Assembly (NCBI GenBank): GCA_964036045.1
Contig: OZ038378.1
Location: 178,746,001 to 178,810,000 of the forward strand
Reading direction: 5' to 3'
Origin: Eutreptiella sp. 'Long Island Sound 2002'
Taxonomy: Eukaryota; Protista; Euglenida
Length of the DNA: 64,000 nucleotides
Numbering within the stretch: position 1 is the first letter of the stretch; every line of letters starts with the position of its first letter. Under the pieces are notes generated by a model, which searched no databases, was not told where the DNA came from, and saw only the letters and a list, made by a program, of their open reading frames with translations. Made by a program: the position numbers and the translations under genes. Of this stretch, positions 37,381-48,678 are shown piece after piece.

Positions 37381-37408
37381 CAAAAAAAAATAGACACTCA
37401 GAAAGTGA
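37381..37408 (-). other. Spliced-leader relic upstream of the thioesterase
   Basis: TCACTTTCTGAGTGTCTATTTTTTTTTG, differing from the recalled 28-nt SL only at the first and penultimate bases. Confidence 0.92.
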
Positions 37409-40099
37409 AGGAGCGCAGAGGGTGTGTGGGGAAGGGGGGAGGGGCTGTGTTTTCCGCCCAATTGTCACCCTTGTCCAGTTCCATCAAACGAAACTACCAA
37501 GGCTCTGAGAGCAAGGGTCCGAAACTGTTGTATATGTGAGGTTGCTTAATGCCGCAAATTGATTACTGTACACTTGAGGGACACTGTGTGTGGACCAAGA
37601 GGGGCAACGCCAATATTCAGCTTGCCTACTGTCTTAACTTGGGACTCTGCAAGCCAATATTTAATGGTGATCTCACGGAACACAAGGGCGATCTCCTGGT
37701 TTGTGGGTGGGTGGGGGGATGTAGCCCTCACTCGCACATTACAAGTATGTGTGAAAAATGTAACTCGTGTACAAAACAAGCGCTGGTGGAAGCCCGGCCC
37801 GCCCACCCGCGACAAGACCCGGCGGGAGAGTGGTACTGAGTGTTAGTCACTTGCACGTCACATGCCCAAAGCCATCGATACAAGTGTACCCTTGGCGTCT
37901 TCATTAGAAGCACCATGGATATAGTTTAATTGAATCATATCTTATTGTTTCAGTAACAATAGTCATCAAAATGGACAGCAAAGAATGCATAATTCATAGC
38001 TCTTGTTCATTGTGATGCAGATTGTGTTAGATCATACTTTTCTTCCACATATTGATTTTAGTACACATTATATTCTTTTTCAGAATCGAAAAATAAAATG
38101 ACGAAATGAAGGGAGCAACCAACATCACCACATGCTACTACACCTGCTAAAAAAAATAGTTTCTCCGTTTGTGCGATCCATCAAGAAAACAATACAAACT
38201 AAGGAAACATAATATATCTTGCAGCAAATGCAATCAAAAAGAAATTAAAAAAAAAAAGACAACATAAAATAATCCATGGCATTAGGCTTGTGACTAGGCT
38301 TGGGAAGGAGGAGCATAGCGAGTCCTTCCCAAGCCTAGAAACACATGAAGTCTCCAAGATAACCGCTGCAGTTTTCGATGCAACCTTGAAACCACCGACG
38401 CAAAAAAAGTTGGGTGTTTCTTCTACCAAAGCACGCAAAGAACAAAACTCACCTGCAATGCCTGTCGGAGCAAGACATAGATCATGTTTGTTCCACTGCT
38501 CGAGGCTCGAGGATAGAACATTGCTCGTTGTAGAAAGGTATAGGTTTCATTGGCACGGTTTCGTTCAAAATTGGTAGCCAAAAAAATTGACCCTGAACGG
38601 ATTTTTTTCCAAGAACAGCAAGCGTCCGTTTCTTCTTGACTCCAACAATTGTTGAAGCCCTTAGTCCACTGCTTCTATTGGTTTTCGTTTCGTGCCAAAC
38701 GGAACCATTGGTTTGTTGGACCGAGGTTCATTCCCAGTCCCATGGTTTCGGTAGGTGACTGCTACCAACACACGTGCAAAACATCCAACTTGCAAAATAC
38801 CTCAATTATAGCACTTGAGGAAAGCAAACCACCACCCATTCTGAGGTCTGTCGTTGTACACAACCGTAACCGCTTTGGTTCGTGATGAATTCATACCTAA
38901 CCGCAGGAATGCTTCGTTGAACAGTCACTGCAAAAAATATCAAAACGGTCGCTCACAGCGGCGCAAAAAAAGTACCTTTTGCCGTAATTTTTGCGCCGAA
39001 TATTTAGAGCTGCCAAATACCACCCCCCGGTCATTCTCTTCTACATCTCTCAACGATCGTAATGAGCAACTTTTCGAGGCCTAGCTCAACGACATGTCCA
39101 AATGCCGCCCAAAATACGCGACCACGCAACTTGAAAAAAGTGCCAAATGTCAAACCTCCAACGCAAGAAACGGTTGCATTTTATAACCTCGCGGACCCAA
39201 ATACCAACCCGACACGTGCTACACACCACGAAGGACCTTGATAAAAAAGATTTGACGGAAAGTGTATCCGGGGCTCCTCGCAGTACCACTTGGGGGGAGA
39301 CACATGACGGCTGAAAAACGCACTCTGTTTTTAGCACTGACAGCATGCTCCAAAACCCTCCACTTGACGCCCCCCGTTCTATGACCATACAGACACAAGC
39401 TCAAAGCCACATAGTACATATCGAAGGGCAACAGTAGGGCCTCGATTTGGTCGGAGGGCAGCCGCGTAACTCAAGTTCGTCTTCGCGCAGCGCCAAATTC
39501 CGTACCGACCACGATCGGAAAAATGCGATTTTTCGCGCAAATCGTTCTCACTGAAACGGCCGTATCTTGGCGCCACCGCGTCGTTTGGAGCTAAATTTTT
39601 TTTCCGCGACCCCGGGAGCTGTCCGGAGATGATGATGCTTGAATCAGGGCCAGATGAGCCACAGGCGCGGCGCCATATCTGTCGCCAGATGACCCGCGTT
39701 TCGAAAATTGACGTTTTTTCGCAACTTGAACCCTTCGCCAAACTGCGAAATCGGATCGGTTTTTCGAAATTCCAAATGCCATGTGGATCGTTTTGCGATG
39801 CCGTTCACAAAAATGCAGTCGAAATCAGATTTCGTGAAATCGCGTTTTTCGCGATTTTTTAAACGGATCTTCGGATTCTGGCCAGTAAAAAAAAAAGTGC
39901 CAAAATAACATTGTAGGGCCCGACCTCCCATCCACAAATGTACCTTCCGTTCGTCCGAAACTTCGTCCGTTGCCAACAGTACGGCAGCACGAATCTGGCG
40001 GGATAATCAGCGGGGTCAGCTTTACAGCTGAGCGTCTCTGGCGGCAGCGGAGCCCCTCCCCCACGGCTGGACAGCAGACAGCGGGCCTTACGGCCCCGG

Positions 40100-40260
40100 G
40101 GCAAAAAATGTCAAGTCGTGTAACTTTTTTCGCGGTAAATGCGTGTAATTTTTTTTTGCGGCAAGTCATGTAAATTATAAAAAAAATTGTTTTTTTTTTG
40201 CGGTAAACGAGTGTATTTTTTGCTTTGCCGTAAGTGGTGTAAATTATTAAAAAAAATTGA
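40100..40260. repeat. AT-rich degenerate tandem repeat (GTGTAATTTTTTTGCGGTAAA family), also at 44980-45340
   Basis: Recurrent TCAAGTCGTGTAA..TTTTTTGCGGTAAA units on both sides of the 84-bp satellite. Confidence 0.7.
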
Positions 40261-40724
40261 AAAATTGCAAAAATTGAAAGAAGTGCAACTTTTGCAATAC
40301 ATGCGCAATGTGTACAAATGCCGCTTGCGTACGGCACCCCATAGTGACCTTAACAATGGGAAGCCGAGTCCAGAGTGCACCTAGTGCTGTGTGGCTACCA
40401 ATTAGTTGGGACTCGGTCAATATAACACAGTTCCCCATGGTGTAATTGGCACTAGACATAAAATTAGGCCAAAAAAAAACAGTCCTAACAGGGCCATGGC
40501 CAACATCCAGTGTGCCGGCACTGGGAACAAAAACAGGCTCAAGAAAAGAGTCTAGACAGGGCCATGGCCAACGTTAGTGCCACCGTTATAGGCCACCAAG
40601 GCACTGGGATGGGGCCAATATAATAGCATGCAATATAACATAGTATCGCATGGTGTGATTGGCGCTAAACACAAAATCAGGCCCAAGAAAAGAGTCCTAA
40701 CAGGGCCACGGCCGGCATCCAATG

Positions 40725-43700
40725 TGCCCCGCTCTGAAGCGTTGGGGACCCCAGGCGGCAGGGGTTATGTAGCCACCCGGCCCACTTGTGGGCCATTGCT
40801 GATTTTGTCCCCCGCTCTGAAGCGTCGGGGACCCCCCGGGTGGCAAGGGTGATGTAGCCACCTAGCCCACTTGTGGGCGGTTGCTGATTTTGTCCCCCGC
40901 TGTGAAGCCTTGGGGACCCCTTACGCGGCATGGGTTATGTAGCCACCCGCGGCCACCTCTACTTTCATAGGTGGCTACATAACCATTGCCGCACGGGGGG
41001 TCCCCAACGCTTCAGAGCGGGGGACCAAATCAGCAATGGCCCACAAGCGGGCCAGAGGGCTACATGACCCTTGCTGCGAGGGGGTCCCAAACGCCCCAGA
41101 GCGGGAAACAAAATCAGCAACCGCCCACAAGTGGGCCGGGTGGCTACATAACCCCTGCCGCCTTGGGGGTCCCCAACGCTTCAAAGCCGGGAACAAAATC
41201 AGCAATGGCCCGCAATTGGGACATGTGGCTACATAACCCTCGCCGCCACGCGAGACCCCAACGCTTCAAAGCAAGGGACAAAATCAGCAATAGCCCACAA
41301 GAGGGCCCGGTGGCTACAGAACTCTTGCCGCCTCGGAGGTCCCCGCCGCTTTAGAGCGGAGGACAAAATCAGAGGTGGCCCACAAGAGTGCTGGTTGGCT
41401 ACATAACCCCTGCCGCCTCGGGGGTCCACAACGCTTCAGAGCAGGGGACAAAGTCAGCAATGGCCCACAAGTGGGACGGTTGGCTATATCACGTGCCGCC
41501 TGGGGCGTCCGAAACACTTGAGAGCGGGGTACAAAATTAGAGGTGGCCCACAATTGGGCCAGGCGGCTACATGACCCTTGCCGCATTCGGGATCTCCAAC
41601 ACTTCACAGCAATGGACAAAATCAGAGGTGGCCCACAAGAGTGCTGGTTGGCTACATAACCCCTGCCGCCTGGGGGGTCCACAACGCTTCAGAGCAGGGG
41701 ACAAAGTCAGCAATGGCCCACAAATGGGCCGGGTGGCTACATAACCCCTGCCGCCAGGGGGGTCCCCAACACTTCATAGCAATGGACAAAATCAGAGGTG
41801 TCCCACAAGTGGGCCAGGTGGCTACATAACCCCTGCCCCCTCGGGGATCTCCAACGCTTCATAGCAGGGGACAAAATCAGAGGTGGCCCACAAGTGGGCC
41901 GGGTGGCTACATAACCCTTGCCGCCTTGGGTGTCCCTAACGTTTCAGAGCCGGGGACAAAATCAGCAACCGACCACAAGTGGGCCAGGTGGCTACATGAC
42001 CCCTTCCACCTGGTGGGTGGGCAACGCTGCACAGCAAAGGACAAGATTAGAGATGGCCCACAAGTGGGGCGGGTGGCTACATAACCCCTGCTGCCTAGGG
42101 GGTCCCCAACGCTTCAGAGCGGGGGGCAAAATGAGAGGTGGCCCACAAGTGGGCCGGGTGGCTACATAACCCTTGCCACCTCGAGGATCTCCAACGCTTC
42201 GGAGCGGTAGACAAAATAAGAGGTGGCCCACAAGTGTGCTGGGTGGCTACATAACCCTTGCCGCCTAGGGGGTCCCCAACGCTTCAGAGCGGGAAACAAA
42301 ATCAGAAGAGGCCCACCAGTGGGCTGGGTGGCTACATATCCCCTGCCGCCTCGGGGATCTCCAACGCTTCATAGCAGGGGACAAAATCAGAGGGGGCTAC
42401 ATGACCCCTTGCTGCGAGGGGGTCCCCAACGCCACAGAGCGGGAAACAAAATCAGCAACCGCCCACAAGTGGGCCAAGTGGCTACATAACCCTGGCCGCT
42501 TGGGGGTCCCCAACGCTTCAAAGCCGGGAACAAAATCAGCAATGGCCCGCAGCTGGGACATGTGGCTACATAACCCTCGCCGCCACGCGAGACCCCAACG
42601 CTTCAAAGCAAGGGACAAAATCAGCAAAAGCCCACAAGAGGGCCCGGTGGCTACAGAACTCTTGCCGCCTCGGAGGTCCCCGCCGCTTTAGAGCGGAGGA
42701 CAAAATCAGAGGTGGCCCACAAGAGTGCCGGTTGGCTACATAACCCTTGCCCCTTGGGGGGTCCCCGACACTTCAAAACCGGGCACAAAACCAACATGGC
42801 CCACAAGTGGGCCGGGTGGCTACATTTTCCCTGCCGCCAGGCGGGTGGCCAACGCTTTAAAGTGCGGGACGAAATCAGAATTGACCCGCTGTTGGGCCGG
42901 GTGGCTACATAACCCCTGCTGCCTAGGGTCCCCAACGCCTCAGAGCAGGGGACAACATGAGCAATGGCCCACAAGTGGGCCGGGTGGCTACATATCACGT
43001 GCCGCCTGGGGCGTTCCAAACGCTTCACAGCGGGGGACAAAATTAGAGATGGCCCACGATTGGGCCGGGCGGCTACATAATCCCTGCCGCCTTGGGGTTC
43101 TCCAACACTTCAGAGCCGGGGACAAAATCAACAATGGCGCCGGGTGGCTACATAACCCTTGCCGCCTGGGGGGTCCCCAACGCTTCAAAGCACGGGACAA
43201 AATCAGAAGAGGCCCACAAGTGGGCCGGGTGGCTACATAACCCTTGCCGCCTGGGGGGTCCCCAACGCTTCAAAGCACGGGACAAAATCAACGACCGCCC
43301 ACAATTGGGCCGGGTGTCTACATAACTCTTGCGGCCCACTTGTGGCACCTGTGACACGGGGGCGTATGCGAGCCCATTATCCGTTGCCTCATGGCCCACT
43401 TGTGGGCCACTTCTGATTTCGTACCCCGCCCTAAACTGGCGGGGAACCCCCAGGCGGCGGGTGGCTACATAAGGCCTGCGACGAGGGGGGTCCCCAACGC
43501 CTCAGAGCGGAGGACAAATTTAGCAATGGCCCACAAGTGGGCCGGGTGGCTACATAACTCTTGCCGCCTCGGGTGGTCCACGCCGCTTTAGAGCGGGGGA
43601 CAAAATCAGCATTGGTCCGCTAGTGGGCCGGTCGGCAACATATCACGTGCCGCCTCGGGGGTCCCAAAGGCTTCAGAGCGGAGGACAAAAGTCGGCGGGT

Positions 43701-43913
43701 GGCTACGTAACCCTTGCCGCTAGGGGGGTACGCAACGCCTTAGAGCAGGGGACAAGTGAGCAATGGGCCACAAGTGGGCTAGGTGACTACATAACTCTTG
43801 CCGCCTAGGGGGTCCCAGGCGCTTCATAGCAGGGGACAAAATTAGCAGTGGCCCACGTGTGGACCGTGTGGCTACATAACTCCTACCGCCTCAGGGGTCC
43901 CAAACGCTTCAGA
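40725..43913. repeat. ~84-bp satellite array (~38 units; the first ~3 are inverted)
   Basis: Unit AAAATCAGCAATGGCCCACAAGTGGGCCGGGTGGCTACATAACCCCTGCCGCCTGGGGGGTCCCCAACGCTTCAGAGCGGGGAC. Confidence 0.95.
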
Positions 43914-44117
43914 GGGGGAATGTTTGCCCGGCGCGCGCCCGGTGCGCTACTTTTTTATTAACTATCCCGACTTCAGCCCAGATTTACCCTCTCATGGAGA
44001 AGCTCCTCAAGTAGACCACGTTGCACTGCACACCTTCCCTACAAAGCACGTTGCATAATAAAGCAATATCTGTGAATTTAGCAACTCCAACTGTCATCTG
44101 TATTGTACTTAACAAAC
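43914..44117. mobile_element. Truncated left end of a G5-family element
   Basis: Close match to 1957-2158, from GGGGGAATGTTTGCCCGG to TATTGTACTTAACAAAC. Confidence 0.8.
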
Positions 44118-44465
44118 AACATTGGTCCCACAAGTGTGGGTGTCAATACATTCAGTACAATAGTGCTCCTTACACTCATCATAAGCTGCGATGGTGGAGC
44201 GCTTCTGGCAACAAAACACACACACTTCTGCCTCATCCTCTGCCTCATCTTGCGTGCCACAACCAAGCAAACAGCTGCTCAATGTGTGCCCTATACCACC
44301 CATGCACGTCATTGTAACATTGTTGGCGGGCTGTCAAAGTGCCATTCTTTCTTCCAATGAATGGCACAATGACATGAAGCCGGCCTTTATAAGCACCATC
44401 ATGGCCCCCAACTTCGAAATCAAAGAAATCACCTCAGGTACGAGAAGGTCCATACCCATCCCATC

Positions 44466-44945
44466 CTGCGGGGTCCCCAACGCTTCAGAGCAGGGGACAA
44501 AATCAGCAATGGCTCACAAGTACGCCCGTTGGCTACATAACCCTTGCTCTCAGGGGGGGGTCCCCAACACTTCAAAGCGGGGGACAAAATCAGAGATGGC
44601 CCACAAGTGGGCCAGGTGGCTACATAACCCTTGCCGCCTTGGGTGACCCCGCCGCTTTGGAGCAAGGGACAAAATCAGCAGTGGTCCACAAGTGGGCCAG
44701 TTGGCTACATATCCCCTACCGCCTAGGGGGTCCCCAACGCTTCAAAGCGGGGGACAAAATCAGAAGTGGCCCACAACTAGGCCGGGTGGCTACATGTCCC
44801 TGCCGCCACGGGGTCCCCAACCAATCAGAGAAGGGACAAAATCAGCAATGGCCCACACGTGGGCCAGGTGGCTACATAACCCGTGGCACCTGGGGGTCCC
44901 TGGCGCTTCAGAGCGGGGGACAAAATCAGCAGTGGCTCACAGGTG
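44466..44945. repeat. Second block of the ~84-bp satellite (~6 units)
   Basis: Same unit as 40725-43913. Confidence 0.9.
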
Positions 44946-46349
44946 GGCACATTGGCTGCATGCATGCCTTTTCAGTAAAATTGGTAAGTTTATTGTTTGC
45001 GGTAAGGTCGTGTAAATCTTTGTTGCAGTAAGCACGTGTAAAAAGAATTGTCAAGTCGCGTAAATTTTTTTGCGGTAAACACATGTACAAAAAAAATTGT
45101 CACGCCGTGTAATTTTTTTTAGCGGTAAACACATTTAAAAAAATTGTCAAGTTGTGTAATTTTTTTTTGGCGGTAAACACGTGTCAAAAGAAAAACTATC
45201 CAGTCGTGTAATTTTGTTGCGGTAATGCGAGTACGGGTTTACACGAGTTACTGGGGGAAAAAAATTACACGACACGACGATTTTTTTTGCTACACGCATT
45301 TACGGCAAAAAAAAAAATCACACGCATTACAACATACACCAAGTATGTTTCCATTGTCGAAAACAAGATACAAGATATTCTCCTCCAATTACCCGTGCTC
45401 GGACGGCACTGACGCCAATGTTCAGGACACACATGTAGGTTATTACAAGCTACACAACGTACCACGCACTTGCGTTCTGGAGTGCAATCTGGGCATGTAT
45501 TTTGCATGCGGGCATGCCCACTCCATGTTCGCAGCAACCCGACTAAGGCTAGTCGAAATCGCATTAAAATGGAAAACCCTTCGGCTTTGTTCATATAGGA
45601 ATAAGGTGTACAAAAACTTGCTTGCATCGAAAGAAAAATGGCCCCTTCTGACCCCAAACAGGAATGACAAGGGTGATCCATAACCCCTTTCCAGCCACCA
45701 GGGATGACAGTTTGGGGAAGGGAGAGCAGGCCGCGCAAGACACAGAATGACAGAGAATAAACTCTTCGGCGGCCATCCAAATGGCGTTGGCGTCAATACA
45801 TTTCTTGAAGCCATCAGAATGCACATGTGCAGTAGATGTGGGTGGGTGGATGAAGCTTTACTGCCCCCCACTCAAAAAAAAGTTGAAGAAACCAAAACAT
45901 AGAGGACACAGTACCCTCAAACCTTCCCAAGCCCCAACCTTCAGAATTCTGGGGAACCTTCAGTTTGGGAAAGGGAGGGCAGGCAGCGTAATACACAGAA
46001 AAACAAGGAAGAAAAATTTCAACAGCCATCCAGATGGCGCAAAAAAAACAATACTTTAAGAACATCCTTGCGTTGTGCGCCGCCGTGCGCCCACTGGGAG
46101 ACACTACATGCAGAAAATCGTTCTCCTGGGGCACCGGTACAGCGATTGTGCCCCCCCCCCCCCCGGCATCTTTTCTTGCGTCACCGGTGGCAAGCTACTC
46201 TGCTCACCGCTCGGAAAACCTGGGCCACACTGCCGTGACTCTCGGTAAACCCAAAGACCAACCAGGGTGCATGTGGCGGAGCGGATCATCCACTAACTTT
46301 TGGAAGAGGGCTACGGCTTGCAACATCGCTTAGCGCCTCGTCCCCTGAA

Positions 46350-47300
46350 GCCCATTCCATCAGCCTACTCCAGGGATCAGCCGGGTTGAGCCCCGATTGA
46401 ACCCACCACAGGTGCACAGACTGCGTACGCTGGAGCAACCAAAAAAAAGTCACTAGAGAACGCGCTGCTGCTGTACGGACAGGCCTATGCTAATTTTACA
46501 GGCAGCCAAAATTTGCAAAACAGCTGAATTGTCGCCTACGAAGTTCACCACAGGCCAGGATAGCTTATGACAGAGCCGAAGGCCAAACTCGAATGCACTC
46601 AGCTGGGCTATTTGCTGGTTGCTACACATTGCCTGCTGCAGTCCTGTCCTGGCACCCAACTTGAGGACCCAGGTCGCATACCGCCACCGATTCATATCCT
46701 TGGCGCCGTCAAAAAACAGGAAGAAACCCCAATCTCGGGGGCGGGGGGGGGGATGCACAACCCTCCACCCAAGCAAAGGGAAACTCAATGTTGTTGCCAA
46801 AGCATCTCCCTCTCACAAACCCCTTTTTTTCTGCTGGAACTACGTAGGTGACTAGATAATCCAATGCCAGCTTAATGACTCCAGTGTGCCATTCTATTTT
46901 ACAGTTCACAACAGTAATTGGGTGCACGTTCTCCACCGTCGGTGGACCTGCACTAACTCAAGTGTAGGCTGGCACCATAGCTTAGCCCTTGCACCTCGCC
47001 AACGGTGTGGCATATTCGCAATGTAGGCAGCCTGATGTTGACGTACATAAAAGGGCAAGCGACGCATGGGGCAGCCACCCAGGCTCCCAAATCACATGCG
47101 CCCAGGCAGAGGCAAGAAAAGGCCCCACGCCCCCACGCTGGACGACACAACCGCAGCAGGTGGCCCAATAATTTCAACCGCTGGCGGCGTGTACACGGTC
47201 CCACACTGAGCCGCAACCACCACGCCACAACTGCACACGGGCCCTTGTGATCGATCTCCGCAGTATCCTATTCCAGATCAAAATGTCGACCAATCCACCG
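46350..47300 (-). pseudogene. Decayed RT thumb + RNase H of a tyrosine-recombinase retrotransposon (DIRS/Ngaro/VIPER-like)
   Basis: Across frames: VQPTPVLRWIGRHFDL, CTRRQRLKLLGHLLRLCRPAWGRGAF, FFDGA, SNQQIAQL, VGDNSAV and LWWVQSGLNPADPWSR. Confidence 0.7.
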
Positions 47301-47677
47301 CAACACAGGAGTGGGTTGAACAGCGTGTCCGGTGTTCAAAGCTGGGCCCTCAAAGCATTTTCACCTGCACACATGGGATGCAAAACGCTGCAAATCAAGT
47401 AACTAGGCTCCTCAAAATCAAGATTTGGGCCTTGAAAATGAAGTCTTAAAGTAGGTAAGAAAGGGGGGGTCGGAAAACAGCATGCCTTCGGTGGGTAGGC
47501 ACATGCTGTGTGCATACGCCCTGCTGCAGTGCCGATTCATATGGATAGGCACCAGCAGCATTCTGACACCTCCATTCTTATTGGATCCCCCCTGCATCTG
47601 TCCCAACTCCCCTTCGCCACAACCTACGACACAAAGGCCAAGGACAACGGGGCCGTGGTGGTGGAAGCAAGTCTCCA

Positions 47678-48367
47678 GGGGGCGTGTGTGCACAGCGCAG
47701 GCACAGCGCGCACATGACAGGAAGAAATTGGGGGGTTTTGCTACAATTGGCAATAGTCTTGCCTATACAAACCATACTACACCCCCACAACGTTGGACAG
47801 CCTGATGTTTGCAAAGGCGGAGCACAAGAATACTGCAACAGAACTTGGGCAGTGACTCAGTGTCGCCAAGACCAGGCGAACCGGCAGTAGTATGGACGGG
47901 TGCGGTAACTTCCTCTCCGCAAGCATGCGGGACCCCACACAATCACAGACCCGCAACCAAAACCCAGGAAGAATTGCTGCAACACAGTTGGGCCAGCCCT
48001 GTGACACGCGGGCAGGCCGGTTTCAAAAGGGAGGGCAGCTCCACGGTGAGGCACTCCTGCAGGGACCTGTTCCACCACCAGCGAAGGGGGTGGGCGGGCG
48101 GAGAAGACAGAAAAATTGCCTAAGTATGGAAGTGCAAACAGAAGTTGAAAAAGTCGAAAAAGATACCACGAACCTATAGGAAAGGATGCACAACAACACA
48201 CACCAATGCAGTAGAAATGAGGCCAAAGCATGCATGCAACTCATATAAATGCGTAACAAGGCTCATTGTTACGGGTACTCGGCACTACTATGCAGGTTAG
48301 GCATGGTCCTGTACCAATTTTGTGCACAGCGCACGCACAGCGCGGGCACAGCACGCAAAACGCCCCC
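47678..48367. mobile_element. G5-family non-autonomous element, TSD CCA
   Basis: CCA|GGGGGCGT...ACGCCCCC|CCA, with GCACAGCGC repeats at both ends. Confidence 0.75.
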
Positions 48368-48678
48368 CCAGACACCTAGACGACACAGAAAACAGTGTGT
48401 CACCAACAACCGGCTTACCCAAAGTGTCCCAAAAGTTGGCCCGGATCTCCTGTTGTTAACGAAGCGTGCAACGAAAGCCTCGCCCCACCTTGGGGTCCAG
48501 CACGTCTCTGGCAGTGTATCTGGTACAACCCAAGGCCATAGTGTGCTTCGTAAGGTGGCCATGGGCGGCCAGAGCCAACCAGAAAATCCAAAACGCAGTC
48601 AAAGATTTCTATAGATCGACGGAGATATAGATATTTCACGACTGTGCGTCCTCGTGCCTCCCTGCCTCAGAGCTCCCC

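Noticed and set aside
34169-44945. Satellites as CRISPR arrays, or their long ORFs as repeat proteins
   Set aside because: There are no unique spacers and no cas genes; the open frames arise from unit lengths divisible by three.
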